A stretch of DNA of 64,000 nt from Candidatus Multivorans sp. (GCA_965247095.1 OZ251997.1:1600001-1664000), one strand, 5' to 3'. Positions 1-10,129 are shown, counted from the first letter of the stretch. Notes: generated by a model not told the origin, from the sequence alone. Translations and numbers: made by a program.

Positions 1-119
1 ATCCGAGGCCGAACGCCGTCACGAGCGCGAACTGGACGTGCGTCGGCATCTGCGCCCACGAATCCGCGACGAAGGGCGGCGAGATCATTCCTCTACCCGA
101 ATTCACCCTCACCACCTGA
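1..119 (+). CDS. 3' end of a probable Gfo/Idh/MocA oxidoreductase (partial, runs off the window start)
   Basis: Frame 3 reads PRPNAVTSANWTCVGICAHESATKGGEIIPLPEFTLTT*, which resembles the C-terminus of this family; TGA at 117-119. Confidence 0.6.
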   Translation, partial: PRPNAVTSANWTCVGICAHESATKGGEIIPLPEFTLTT

Positions 120-162
120 CGCGTCCCGACTTCCACTTCCACTCCGACTGCCCAGAGGGCCC

Positions 163-1596
163 ATGAACAACACGAAACTTCTGATCGCGAGTTTCCTGAC
201 CATCTTCGTTGCCGGACTCGGCTTCGCCGTCCGCGGCGGGCTCCTCCTCGAGTGGGGAAAGGAGTTCGGCTTCACGCAAACGGAGCTCGGACAGATCACG
301 GGGGGCGGCTTCGTCGGGTTCGGCATCGTGATCCTCATCGCGAGCCTCTTCCTCGATCGCTTCGGCTACAAGCCGTTCCTCATGCTCGCGGGCGCCCTCC
401 ACGTGGTGTCGGTCATCGTGACCGTGGCCGCGACGTTCGTGTACAGCGGCGCCATCGCGACCGACCCGGAAGCGGCACGCGCCGGCGCCTACTTCTGCCT
501 GTTCTGGGGGATCTTCATCTTCGCGATCGCGAACGGCATCTGTGAGGCCGTCGTCAACCCGCTGGTCGCCACCCTCTACCGCAAGCAGAAGACGCACTAC
601 CTGAACATCCTGCACGCCGGATGGCCGGGCGGCATGATCGCCGGGGCCCTCCTGGGCGTCGTCCTCATCGGCCGGGTGCACTGGGAGATCGTCCTCGCCC
701 TCTATCTCGTCCCGGCGCTCATCTACATCCTGATGATCGTCAAGGAGAAGTTCCCGCAGTCCGAGGCGACGGCCGCCGGCGTCAAGTTCGGCGACATGGT
801 CAAGGAGTTCGCGGCGCCCATGCTGCTCTTCCTCCTCGTCCTCCACGTCTGCATCGGCTACGTCGAGCTCGGAACCGACAGTTGGATCGTCAACATCATG
901 GACACCGTGCTCGGAGGAAAGGGGCTGTTCATCCTCCTCTACACCTCCATCCTGATGTTCGTCCTGCGCTTCTTCGCCGGGCCCATCGTCCAACGGATCA
1001 ATCCGTTGGGGCTCCTCTTCTCGAGCGCCGTCCTCGCCACGATCGGCCTCTATGCGCTCGGCTCCTTCGCCGCCGCCGCCGCCGTCATGGTGGCCGCAAC
1101 CATCTACGGCGTCGGCAAGACCTTCTTCTGGCCGACGATGCTGGGTGTCGTTTCCGAGCGCTTCCCCAAGGGAGGCGCGCTCACCCTGGGCGCGGTCGGC
1201 GGCGTCGGCATGCTCTCGGCCGGCCTTCTCGGCGGCCCCGGCATCGGCTACCTGCAGGACAGCTACGCCTCCCAGGATCTCCGGGAGAGCGCCCCCGCCG
1301 TCTACGAGGAGTACAAGGCCGAGGGCTCGAACCGGTTCCTGTTCTTCCCCGCCGTGCAGGGGTTGGACGGTTCCAAGTCCGGCCCGGTCATGGAGAAGGC
1401 CAAGGACTTCAGTATCACCCTGCCCCCCGACGAGCAGGCCGTGCGCGACGCGTCGTTCTACGGCGGCCAGAGCGCCTTGAAGGCCACCGCACTCGTCCCG
1501 GCGTTCATGGCGCTCGGCTTCCTCTTCCTGCTCCTCCACTTCCGGCGGACCGGCGGCTACAAGCAGATCGTCCTGCCGTCGTCTGACGACGGCTGA
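163..1596 (+). CDS. MFS transporter
   Basis: 477 aa with about 12 hydrophobic segments and an MFS motif A-like 'LFLDRFGYK'. Confidence 0.9.
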   Translation: MNNTKLLIASFLTIFVAGLGFAVRGGLLLEWGKEFGFTQTELGQITGGGFVGFGIVILIASLFLDRFGYKPFLMLAGALHVVSVIVTVAATFVYSGAIATDPEAARAGAYFCLFWGIFIFAIANGICEAVVNPLVATLYRKQKTHYLNILHAGWPGGMIAGALLGVVLIGRVHWEIVLALYLVPALIYILMIVKEKFPQSEATAAGVKFGDMVKEFAAPMLLFLLVLHVCIGYVELGTDSWIVNIMDTVLGGKGLFILLYTSILMFVLRFFAGPIVQRINPLGLLFSSAVLATIGLYALGSFAAAAAVMVAATIYGVGKTFFWPTMLGVVSERFPKGGALTLGAVGGVGMLSAGLLGGPGIGYLQDSYASQDLRESAPAVYEEYKAEGSNRFLFFPAVQGLDGSKSGPVMEKAKDFSITLPPDEQAVRDASFYGGQSALKATALVPAFMALGFLFLLLHFRRTGGYKQIVLPSSDDG

Positions 1597-1615
1597 GTAG
1601 GGAACTGGCCGCTCA

Positions 1616-1641
1616 CTGGGTGCGCCGGCGTCCCCGCCGGC
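1616..1641 (+). repeat. REP-like single hairpin
   Basis: CTGGGTGC-GCCGGCG-tccc-CGCCGGC just after the MFS stop; same architecture as copies at 4348 and 16864. Confidence 0.7.
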
Positions 1642-1696
1642 TTTCGAGAGAAACGCGCCGCGAAGCGGCGACGATACTGCGCGCTGGCGGCGAGGA

Positions 1697-2407
1697 TTGA
1701 GGAGAATCTTGAGACAGACCAAGGGCATCCTGTTCGATGCGGGGGACACGCTCGTCAGACCCAAGGCCGGCGAGTGGTTTCCGAAACAGCACTTCGTTGA
1801 CGCTTTTCGGGCTCGAGGCGTCACCGACGCGAACATGGACCGTTTCAAGGAAGCGCTGAACATCGGTCTCCGCTATCTCAATGAACACCACGCGTTGGCC
1901 GTTACCGAACAGGCGGAGCGCGATCAGTTCCATACCGCCTACGGGCTGATTCTCCGAGCACTCGGTGTCTCATGTCCGACGGAAGATCTTGTCGCCGACG
2001 TTCTCCGGCCGTTCGACGAAGACGTAGGCATGGAGCCCTTTCCGGACACCGTGCGAGCGCTGCGACAGTTCCAGCGCGCCGGTCTCAAAATGGGAGTCGT
2101 GTCCGACAATTGGCCCTCGCTGGACAGGAGGTTCCGCACCTTGGGCCTCCGAGGCTACTTCGATGCCTTCGTCATCTCGGCCCTGGTCGGAAGCAGCAAA
2201 CCGTGCGAGCGCATCTACCGGGCGGCGGTGGAAGAGATTGGCATTCCGCCCGAGCACTTGGTGTTCGTCGACGATCGACCGGTGAACGTGGCGGCCGCCG
2301 TCAGGCTCGGCATGAAGGGAATCGTCATCACCCGATACGGCAAGGCACCGGATACGGACCTGCCTGTGGTGACGGACCTCGACGGTTTGGCCGCGATCGT
2401 GATCTAA
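1697..2407 (+). CDS. HAD-superfamily hydrolase
   Basis: Motif I 'LFDAGDTL', then 'VVSDNW', 'KP..RIY' and 'VFVDDRPVNV'; TTG start after GAGGA. Confidence 0.9.
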   Translation: MRRILRQTKGILFDAGDTLVRPKAGEWFPKQHFVDAFRARGVTDANMDRFKEALNIGLRYLNEHHALAVTEQAERDQFHTAYGLILRALGVSCPTEDLVADVLRPFDEDVGMEPFPDTVRALRQFQRAGLKMGVVSDNWPSLDRRFRTLGLRGYFDAFVISALVGSSKPCERIYRAAVEEIGIPPEHLVFVDDRPVNVAAAVRLGMKGIVITRYGKAPDTDLPVVTDLDGLAAIVI

Positions 2408-2817
2408 GAGCCGTTCGCTGAAGGCTCCGACAGAAGATCGACTACGGAAATTCCCATGGCGCCGGCGGCTGCGGCCATCCGCTGGTCGTACGTCGCGAGT
2501 TCAATTCTCCGCTGCTGCCGAAAGAGGTAGGAGAGTGTAGCGAGGTGCAGGGCATCGAGCGTCCGGAGCGGAACGGGAAACGGTTCGAGGGCCCGTTCGA
2601 GCGCAATCGGCCACAGATCGACCATCCCGACACCCTGGAGAAGCTCCCGAGCCTGTTCTCTAAGGGACTCGGCGCGGAAGCGCGAGTGGAGCACGACCCA
2701 TACCTCGTACTCAAGCAGCCGGCTCGAAACGATGTCGCCCTCCCAGAGATGCTCCGGAGGGCGCCGCACCTCGGCGAAGAGATGCGCCAGCAAGACCGAA
2801 CTGTCGACGTAGATCAA
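2404..2817 (-). CDS. VapC/PIN-domain toxin
   Basis: 'IYVDSSVLL' and 'LRTLDALHLAT...ATYD'; start overlaps the antitoxin stop. Confidence 0.9.
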   Translation of the reverse strand: MIYVDSSVLLAHLFAEVRRPPEHLWEGDIVSSRLLEYEVWVVLHSRFRAESLREQARELLQGVGMVDLWPIALERALEPFPVPLRTLDALHLATLSYLFRQQRRIELATYDQRMAAAAGAMGISVVDLLSEPSANGS

Positions 2818-3110
2818 ACCCGGTCGCTTCTCACCTCGTCCAGGAGCTCCATGAGTTCCTTGAGGCTCATGATCGGCGGAGGCTTGGGCGGCGGACCCGA
2901 GAACGGCTTGAGAGGTGGCGTCAGGATGCCCTCCCGCACCATGGAGGCGAGCTTCGCGTCGGCCAGCATCGGGCTCCGTTCGGGCCGCGGCGGACCGAGT
3001 TCGGCTACGACGCGGTCACGGTTCGTGACCAGCACGGTCTCTCCCGCGGCAGCGATGCGGACGTACTCGCTGAGCTTGCTGTTCAGCGTCTTGAGGCCTA
3101 CGGATCTCAT
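2814..3110 (-). CDS. Phd/YefM-family antitoxin
   Basis: 'MRSVGLKTLNSKLSEYVRIAAAGETVLVTNRDRVVAEL', directly upstream of the PIN toxin. Confidence 0.88.
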   Translation of the reverse strand: MRSVGLKTLNSKLSEYVRIAAAGETVLVTNRDRVVAELGPPRPERSPMLADAKLASMVREGILTPPLKPFSGPPPKPPPIMSLKELMELLDEVRSDRV

Positions 3111-3117
3111 GAACTGA

Positions 3118-3129
3118 AAGTAGCTACTT
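3118..3129. promoter_or_regulatory. Perfect 12-bp palindrome, probable TA autorepression operator
   Basis: AAGTAGCTACTT lies 8 nt upstream of the antitoxin ATG, with a second GTAGCT adjacent. Confidence 0.55.
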
Positions 3130-3207
3130 GTAGCTGCTCTCGTCAAGGCCTCCAACAGATGGCCCCCTGGTGCCGGCCAGCGCCGCGGCTGCGGCCGAGT
3201 CTCCGGC

Positions 3208-3681
3208 CTACTGCGACGCCGCCTGGTACAGCTCGATCTCGTACCCGTCCGGATCGTTGAAGAACACGATCGTCGGCGGGTTGTCGCCGGGAATCGTGAC
3301 GAACCGTGTCTTCGAGCCCGCGGCCTCGGCCCGCTTGGCCAGCGCCTTGGCGTGGGCGGTATTCACGACGATCCGGCCGTACCTGCTCTTCCCCTCCGGC
3401 AGGGGATCGTCGTTCAGGCGCGCCAGAATCAGGCCCGCTCCACCGCCACCGGGCGCAGCCAGGCCGATCTCGATCGGGTCGTTCCCATCGGGCGGATACG
3501 TCCAGGCGCGCTTGAACCCCAGCACCTCGCCGTAGTACTTCTCGGACCGCTCGAGATCTGCCACGTTGATGGCTACCTGCCCCAACACGGCGTCCGACTT
3601 GTCGTCTCCGGCCGCCAGGGGGGCCGCCACGCACACGAACATCGCTACCACCAAGGCCCGCACCGTCCACTTCGACACCAC
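3208..3681 (-). CDS. VOC/glyoxalase family protein with signal peptide
   Basis: 'INVADLERSEKYYGEVLGF' and 'FFNDPDGYEIELYQ'; GTG start after AGGAG. Confidence 0.85.
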   Translation of the reverse strand: MVSKWTVRALVVAMFVCVAAPLAAGDDKSDAVLGQVAINVADLERSEKYYGEVLGFKRAWTYPPDGNDPIEIGLAAPGGGGAGLILARLNDDPLPEGKSRYGRIVVNTAHAKALAKRAEAAGSKTRFVTIPGDNPPTIVFFNDPDGYEIELYQAASQ

Positions 3682-3752
3682 AAGCTCCTTCCAAGCACCG
3701 ATCTCACTGCAAAAAGAAGGGCGTGAGCATACCCCGCCCCGTCCGCGTTGCA

Positions 3753-4337
3753 TCAGAGACCGCCGGTCAGCTCGTGGAGCTTCAGCACCGTCTTCCAGTT
3801 CCGCGCGGTCATGGTCACCGACAGCTTCGACTCGAAGTACCGAGTGGTGAGTTTCGTGCGCGCAATCCCTTGCGGGCAATAGGAGTACACCTCCCGACCG
3901 ACCACGGCGAACTCGTCGGGCGGCGAGCGGTCGGGGTCGAGCGCGTCGACGGCCGCAGCCTCCGGCTGGTCCGCCAGGAATCCGACGTGCAGTTGGCCCA
4001 ATTGGCCGACCTCGGCGGCGACTCCCGGGAACGGGTTCGCCAGGATGATCGCCGCAAGCTCGGCGGCCGTTCGAGTCAGCACGGGCACCCGGTAGCCGAA
4101 CCGCGCCGCGATCGCTTCACCGATGAGATCGGGCACCCGGCGGGCCAACGCCGGCGCCGCCTGAAAGACGACGTTGCCGCTCTGGATGTACGTCCGCACC
4201 TCGTCACACCCCGCCTCCGAGAACATCGCAGAGAGGTCCCTCATCAGCAGCTTGTTCTTGCCGCCGACGTTGATTCCGCGCAGCAGGGCAACGTGAATGC
4301 CGGTCGTCATCTCAGTCGCCGCGCGGCTGTTCGGCAT
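3753..4337 (-). CDS. DUF1697 family protein
   Basis: 'HVALLRGINVGGKN', 'TYIQSGNVVF' and 'TARNWKTV'; start may be 4310. Confidence 0.9.
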   Translation of the reverse strand: MPNSRAATEMTTGIHVALLRGINVGGKNKLLMRDLSAMFSEAGCDEVRTYIQSGNVVFQAAPALARRVPDLIGEAIAARFGYRVPVLTRTAAELAAIILANPFPGVAAEVGQLGQLHVGFLADQPEAAAVDALDPDRSPPDEFAVVGREVYSYCPQGIARTKLTTRYFESKLSVTMTARNWKTVLKLHELTGGL

Positions 4338-4347
4338 CGTTGTCGAC

Positions 4348-4375
4348 CTGGGAACGCGGGCGTCTCGCCCGCATC
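4348..4375 (+). repeat. REP-like single hairpin
   Basis: CTGGGAAC-GCGGGCG-tct-CGCCCGC-ATC; stem-loop identical to hairpin 3 of the composite copy at 41509. Confidence 0.8.
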
Positions 4376-4419
4376 GGGAGCGAAGCGACGGTCGAGAACG
4401 CTGCCGGCTCCCCTACTCC

Positions 4420-5454
4420 TCAGGGATTCGCGGCGATGAACTCGTTGATGATGCGGGCGAGCTCTTCGCCGTGGCTCTCCTGGATGAAGTGGCCCGCGCC
4501 TTCGACCGTCACATGAGGCTGACCCTGGGCGCCGGGAACCCGTCGCTGGAACTGTCGCTCGCCGCCGCGTGATACCGGGTCGCTGTCGCCGTAGGCGGTC
4601 AGGAGCGGCTTCTCCCAACGTTCGAACACTTCCCAGGCTTGACGGTTCGCGTCGTTGGCCGGGTCATCGGCGAAGACCGGCACCCGCTGCGGCATGATCA
4701 GCGCCCCGGCCTTGTAGCTGGGCTCGGGGAAGGGCGCATCGTAGGCGGCCGTGAGCGACGGATCGCCGGTGTTGGTCGCCACCATGCGGCCGGTGGGGAT
4801 GTCGCCGCGATCGACCATCGCCTGGTTGGTGAGCTTCCAACGGATGAAGGCGCTGTCTTCGGGTAAGTCCTCAGGGCCGGCCGCTCCGCCCACCGGCAGA
4901 CCGGTGTTCGACACGACGACGCGCGCGAAGCGCTCCTCGTTCTCCGCGACCACCCGCAGGCCGATCAGGCCCCCCCAGTCCTGGCCGAAGAAGGTCGCCT
5001 GTTGCAGGTCGAGCGCCGCAACGAACTCCGTCATCGCGTCGACGTGGAACTTGTACGTGTGGGTGTCCATGCTCGCCGGCTTGTCCGACCGCCCGAAGCC
5101 GATGAGGTCAGGCACGATGCAGCGATGGCCGGCCGCGACCAGGACCGGGATCATCTTCCGAAAGAGGTACGACCAGGTCGGCTCTCCGTGGATCAGCAGA
5201 ATCGGTTCGCCGTCGGCGGGTCCCTCGTCGAGGTAGTGGACGCGGTAGCCCTGAATCTCGACGTAGTTGGGCGCGAAGTCGAAGCCCGGCAGGTTCTCGA
5301 AGCGATCGTCGGGCGTGCGGTACACGCCGGGGCGAATCTCCTCGGACTGGGCGGGGGCCGCCGTGATCACCAAGGCCAGAGCGGCAATGGCAACGACGGC
5401 AGCGCCGGCTCCAAGGCTCGCCTTCGCGACCAAGTCTCGTCGTGAGCGCGTCAT
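4420..5454 (-). CDS. Haloalkane dehalogenase (alpha/beta hydrolase) with N-terminal signal peptide
   Basis: 'RTPDDRFENLPGF', 'HGEPTWSYLFRK', 'PDLIGFGRSDKP', nucleophile 'QDWGG' and 'AGHFIQE'. Confidence 0.9.
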   Translation of the reverse strand: MTRSRRDLVAKASLGAGAAVVAIAALALVITAAPAQSEEIRPGVYRTPDDRFENLPGFDFAPNYVEIQGYRVHYLDEGPADGEPILLIHGEPTWSYLFRKMIPVLVAAGHRCIVPDLIGFGRSDKPASMDTHTYKFHVDAMTEFVAALDLQQATFFGQDWGGLIGLRVVAENEERFARVVVSNTGLPVGGAAGPEDLPEDSAFIRWKLTNQAMVDRGDIPTGRMVATNTGDPSLTAAYDAPFPEPSYKAGALIMPQRVPVFADDPANDANRQAWEVFERWEKPLLTAYGDSDPVSRGGERQFQRRVPGAQGQPHVTVEGAGHFIQESHGEELARIINEFIAANP

Positions 5455-5567
5455 CTCGCGTCCTCCTTACAGGCCGTCTTCAGCTTGTGGAAATCTGCGC
5501 TCGACTCTATAGGGCGGCCCGCGATGACGTATCCTCTCGCCTGCCCCGCGAACGGAGCTGAGCCCAC

Positions 5568-6515
5568 ATGACCCAGAACGGAACCGCTGTACGCCTCTCC
5601 GGCGTGCACAAGACGTTCGGCGCCCACACCGCGGTCTCCGACTTCGACCTGGAGATCGAGCCCGGCGCCATCTACGGCCTGCTGGGCCCCAACGGCTCGG
5701 GCAAGACGACCACGATCCGCATGATCATGGGCATCCTCCTGCCCGACAGCGGCGCGGTGGAGCTGTTCGGCGGCGTTCCCAACTTCGCCCGGCGCAGCCG
5801 CGTCGGCTACCTGCCCGAGGAGCGCGGCGTCTACGAGAAGATGAAGGTGCTCGACCAGCTCATCTTCTTCGGCGAGATCCGCGGCGTCGCGCGGGCGCTG
5901 GCCCGCACCCGCGCCGAGGGGTGGCTGGAGCGTCTGGGCCTCAGCGAGTGGGCATCCAAGAAGGTGCAGGCCCTGTCCAAGGGGATGCAGCAGAAGGTCC
6001 AGTTCATCAGCACGGTGCTCCACGACCCGGAACTCCTGATTCTGGACGAGCCCTTCAGCGGCCTCGACCCCATCAACCAGGACGTGCTGGAGCAGATCGT
6101 CCGCGAGGAGCAGGAACGCGGGAAGACGATCCTGTTCTCGACCCACCTCATGGACCAGGCCGAGCGGCTGTGCGAGCGCGTCTGCCTCATCTCGCGGTCC
6201 CGCAAGGTGCTCGACGGCAACCTGAAGCAGTTGAAGCGGAACGAACGATCGGGCGTCGTTGCCGTCGAGTTCGAGGGCGAGGCGCCCCAGATCGAGTGGC
6301 CGGGCGTGTCGGCGGTCGAGCAGGTCGGCGACGCGCTCCACCTGACCCTGAGCGAAGGGGCGCGTACCGACGAGATCCTGGCCGCGGTGGTGGCTGCGGG
6401 GGTCAGCCTACGGAGGTTCGAGCTGCTCGAGCCCCGCCTGCACGAGATCTTCGTCCGCCACGCCGGCGACCCCGGCGACGACGATGCCCCGGCGCCGATG
6501 GGAGGTGCGTCGTGA
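5568..6515 (+). CDS. ABC transporter ATP-binding protein (NatA/YhaQ-like)
   Basis: Walker A GPNGSGKTT, signature LSKGMQQK, Walker B LILDEPFSGLD. Confidence 0.95.
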   Translation: MTQNGTAVRLSGVHKTFGAHTAVSDFDLEIEPGAIYGLLGPNGSGKTTTIRMIMGILLPDSGAVELFGGVPNFARRSRVGYLPEERGVYEKMKVLDQLIFFGEIRGVARALARTRAEGWLERLGLSEWASKKVQALSKGMQQKVQFISTVLHDPELLILDEPFSGLDPINQDVLEQIVREEQERGKTILFSTHLMDQAERLCERVCLISRSRKVLDGNLKQLKRNERSGVVAVEFEGEAPQIEWPGVSAVEQVGDALHLTLSEGARTDEILAAVVAAGVSLRRFELLEPRLHEIFVRHAGDPGDDDAPAPMGGAS

Positions 6516-7777
6516 AGCAGGTCTGGGCGGTAGTTCGCCGCGAGTACGTAGAGCGGGTCAAGACGAGGGCATTCATTCTGTCGACGCTGGGCATGCCCCT
6601 GCTGATCATCGGAGTGATGGTGCTGAGTGGCGTCGTCGGCGCCCTCGCTCAGGGTTCGGAACGGCAGATCGCCCTGGTCGACCTTACCCGGCAGCTCGGC
6701 GAACCTGTCACGGAGGCCCTGGAGCGAGCGGGATACGACATCGAGGTCGCCGACCCCGCCGCAGGGACCGAGGACCTGGACCAGCGGGTGCTCGACGAAG
6801 AGCTTGAGGCCTACCTCGTGCTCGACGACAGGACCGCCAGCGAAGCCTCCTTCATCTACCGCGCGAAGGAGCCCCCGGGCGAGACCCGTTCGCGGCTCAT
6901 CCGGTCGATCATCGTCGAGGAGGTCGTGGACCAACGGCTCAGCCTGATGGAGGACGGTGAGTCGGTCCGGCGACTGTTCGAGGGCGGCGCGCTGGGGTTC
7001 GAGCCCGTCGGCATCGACGAGGCCGACGTGGAGGAAGCCGAGGTCGAACGCATCACCGGCATGATCACGGGCATCGGCGGCGGCATCATCCTCTACGCCA
7101 TGATGCTCATCTACGGCGCCCAGATGCTGCAATCGGTGCTCGAAGAAAAGCAGAGCCGGGTCGTGGAGCTGGTGATCTCGTCCCTCCGCCCCTGGCAACT
7201 CATGTTGGGCAAGATCGTGGGCGTGGGCGCCGTCGGCCTGACCCAGGTCGCCATCTGGATCGGCTGCGTCGCCCTGCTGGCCACCCTGGCGCTGCCCGTG
7301 CTCCTCTCCGCGCTGCCGACCACCGAAGGAGCAAGCGAGGTCCTGCAATACCTGCCGGGCCCGGGCGCCGTGGCGCTGCTCGTCGTGTTCTTCCTGCTCG
7401 GCTACTTCCTCTACTCGAGCCTGTTCGCCGCGGTGGGGGCCATGTGCAGGAACCTGCAGGAGGCCAGCCAGGCACAAACGCCCATCATCATCCTGATCGT
7501 TGTCCCGTTCGTCCTCCAGATGACGACGATCGAGGGCGGCGGGATGCCGTGGATGGACTGGGTGGCCCTCTTCCCCTTCTTCAGCCCGATCATGATGTAC
7601 CCCCGAGCCGTCATGGGGACGGCGCCCTGGTGGATGGTGGGCGCGTCGATGGTGTTGATGGCGCTGACCGTCTGGGGCACAGCCTGGGTGGCGGGCAGGA
7701 TCTACAAGGTCGGCATCCTCAGTCAGGGCAACCGGCCCAGCCTGCGCGAGTTGGTGAGGTGGGTCAGGCAGGGGTAG
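6512..7777 (+). CDS. ABC-2 type permease (NatB/YhaP-like)
   Basis: GTGA overlap with the ATPase stop; 'VVRREY', 'EEKQSRVVE' and 'MLGKIVG'. Confidence 0.92.
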   Translation: MKQVWAVVRREYVERVKTRAFILSTLGMPLLIIGVMVLSGVVGALAQGSERQIALVDLTRQLGEPVTEALERAGYDIEVADPAAGTEDLDQRVLDEELEAYLVLDDRTASEASFIYRAKEPPGETRSRLIRSIIVEEVVDQRLSLMEDGESVRRLFEGGALGFEPVGIDEADVEEAEVERITGMITGIGGGIILYAMMLIYGAQMLQSVLEEKQSRVVELVISSLRPWQLMLGKIVGVGAVGLTQVAIWIGCVALLATLALPVLLSALPTTEGASEVLQYLPGPGAVALLVVFFLLGYFLYSSLFAAVGAMCRNLQEASQAQTPIIILIVVPFVLQMTTIEGGGMPWMDWVALFPFFSPIMMYPRAVMGTAPWWMVGASMVLMALTVWGTAWVAGRIYKVGILSQGNRPSLRELVRWVRQG

Positions 7778-7843
7778 GCTCATCTACCTCTCGCGCCTTC
7801 AGACGAGTCAACAACCAGCCCGCCGCCGCACTAAGACCAGCTC

Positions 7844-10129
7844 TCAAGGAAGACAGCCGACGATCCCCAGGGTTCGTTTCACGTATCCCTGTAGTTCGGC
7901 ATCGTCGATCGGCTCCATAGCCGAATCCGGCCGCTCGGCGTGATGGTAGCGACGGCAATAGATGTTGATCTCGTCGAGCTCGTCAGCTATCCCAGCCAAC
8001 GGATGTCCTCCGGCGCACCCGCGGATCGCAACGACTATGCCCCCGAGTGTATCCTGATCACCAAATAGCTTTGGATACAGGTACCGCAAATTGCCCTCGA
8101 GCACCGGCCTGATCTTCTGGATCACATCGCCAGAATTCAACCCACCCAGAGACAGAAAGCGCTGCAGAACATCGACATCAGCACGATATCGTGCTTGAAC
8201 AGCAGACTCAATGTCCCACTCGATTATTGCCGTATTCTCTTCACCAACGCGCACTAGTTGTAGCGTCTTCCTTTCCGCCGGTTGCATTCGATCCCAAACA
8301 AGTTTCAAGAATGACGGCTCGTGCGACAACAATACGACCTGCGCACAGGTCTGTGCGCACCCGTGTATTTGATGCACCGTGTGGTTGCGCCGAAAACTGT
8401 CTTGGCTGCTGAACGGATCATCAAAGATTACGATCTTCCTCTCCCGACTGGGATCCTGCTCAACTTCAGCCAAGAAGAACGCGAGTGCCAACGTGGTTCG
8501 ATCGCCGCCGCTAAGGGTGTTCTTGAAACTTGGTCTGTTCAAGGGTGTTGCGCCGTCACCCAGATCGATAGCGCTGTTGTTGATGACTATCTGGTAGCTC
8601 GTGCTGGGTGCTCCACCGCGATAGTTGTGGGCTGGCATCGTGATTCTGAACCCTGCGTTGATGCGCTCCAGGAAGCGATTGATCCTTTGACCGTATGTCC
8701 CTATGACCCGCATCGTGTGCGCGTCAAGCTGCTCGCGCGCCTCCGCCTTACGGCTCTCGAGTTCCCGTTTCTCTTGCTGAAGGCACGCCTCAGCAGCGCA
8801 CTGTGCCTGCACTTGATGGGAGTGGCGTGCCTTCTGAGAGGTCAATCGTTCGAGACGAGTCTCTACCTCTCGCACGTTGGCCGCTCCAGTCTCGCGTCTT
8901 CTCGCTTCAATGGCAGCATTCGCGGCCGCAACGGCGGCGTTGTAGCTCGCCAGTGACGTCCTCAGCCGCTCGAAGTTGGTCAGGGCATCGGTGAATGCCG
9001 CGTCCGGTGCCAGAGACTCCAACGGTGCCGCTGCCTTCCTTCGCGCGAGATCCCGAGCGGATCCTCTGAGGGCACCAAGGACGGTTGCCGCGCTGCCGGA
9101 CGTGGGTGGCTCCAGTGGTGTGAGGTCGCAATACTGCGCCCAGAACTCCTCAGAGCCGGCGTTCTCCACCAGGAGCCGTTCAATGCTTGCTGCGACTCGC
9201 TCCGACAGAGCGTCCTCGACTCGCCTCTCGACACTCCGAACATCGTCGCGGAGTTGGTGATAGGCGCGACTGAAGTAGTTCCTGTAGGCCCGAACCAGGT
9301 TCAGAGCACCAGCGCCCTCACGCCCACAGAACGGACAAGCGTCGCCCGCCACATACGATAGACCTTCTCCTAGCCATTGCTCTCCGCGACCCGCCATGTG
9401 ATGCCGTGCGATGTGTTCGCTCACCCATTCCTCGGAATCTTCCGCCACATCTTCTAGGGTTCTCCCCAGGATTTCGGCGACCATTGAGGGAAGGGTGGGC
9501 ACCGCGACGGATGCCAAGCCAGCGCGTTCCTGAATTCTCTCGCCGCTCCGGACCGCCTGCAGTTCCTGGCCGACCACAGCAATCGTATTGTCGATTCTCG
9601 GGTCTTCGGGTAGGCCGATGAACTCCTCTACTGCCATACCAGCTACCATGTGGGCCTGAAGCTCTGTCCGCCTTTCCCGGATCTCGGCATTCTTCTTCCG
9701 GATCTGGTCGTCGAGTTGATTGATCATATTGGCGAGACTTACGCCCTCGGATCCGACGATAACGCGATAGAGGTTCCGTCGATGATGGGTGCTCACCACG
9801 TCGCCGGCAAAGACATTCTGGCTAATATACGTGCTGTCAAAAATCGCGACGTTCCGAAACGGAGCTGTCCAGGACTCGTTGACGAAATCTGCTCTTCCGT
9901 TGCTGAGGAGAAGCTCGACCTCCGGCGGGTCGCTAGAGCCAAGCGTAGTGCGCCCGGCAATGAGATCTACTGACCCAGTAGAAAGGGAGCGAAGGATCGC
10001 GCAGAGTGTCGTCTTCCCTCGTCCATTCTCGCCGAATATGAGTGTGGCGCGCCGGAACGTCACATCACCAACAGCTGCTGTACTCCTAAATCGACCGATG
10101 TTCCTGATTGAGACTATCTTCTTGAGCAT
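7844..10129 (-). CDS. AAA_13 / RloC-like SMC-type ATPase with zinc hook and possible C-terminal HEPN-like nuclease
   Basis: GENGRGKTT, coiled coil with central CPFC, LSGGD, IVIFDDPFSSQD, LSH, and C-terminal 'NIYCRRYHH'. Visibly more AT-rich than the flanks. Confidence 0.85.
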   Translation of the reverse strand: MLKKIVSIRNIGRFRSTAAVGDVTFRRATLIFGENGRGKTTLCAILRSLSTGSVDLIAGRTTLGSSDPPEVELLLSNGRADFVNESWTAPFRNVAIFDSTYISQNVFAGDVVSTHHRRNLYRVIVGSEGVSLANMINQLDDQIRKKNAEIRERRTELQAHMVAGMAVEEFIGLPEDPRIDNTIAVVGQELQAVRSGERIQERAGLASVAVPTLPSMVAEILGRTLEDVAEDSEEWVSEHIARHHMAGRGEQWLGEGLSYVAGDACPFCGREGAGALNLVRAYRNYFSRAYHQLRDDVRSVERRVEDALSERVAASIERLLVENAGSEEFWAQYCDLTPLEPPTSGSAATVLGALRGSARDLARRKAAAPLESLAPDAAFTDALTNFERLRTSLASYNAAVAAANAAIEARRRETGAANVREVETRLERLTSQKARHSHQVQAQCAAEACLQQEKRELESRKAEAREQLDAHTMRVIGTYGQRINRFLERINAGFRITMPAHNYRGGAPSTSYQIVINNSAIDLGDGATPLNRPSFKNTLSGGDRTTLALAFFLAEVEQDPSRERKIVIFDDPFSSQDSFRRNHTVHQIHGCAQTCAQVVLLSHEPSFLKLVWDRMQPAERKTLQLVRVGEENTAIIEWDIESAVQARYRADVDVLQRFLSLGGLNSGDVIQKIRPVLEGNLRYLYPKLFGDQDTLGGIVVAIRGCAGGHPLAGIADELDEINIYCRRYHHAERPDSAMEPIDDAELQGYVKRTLGIVGCLP

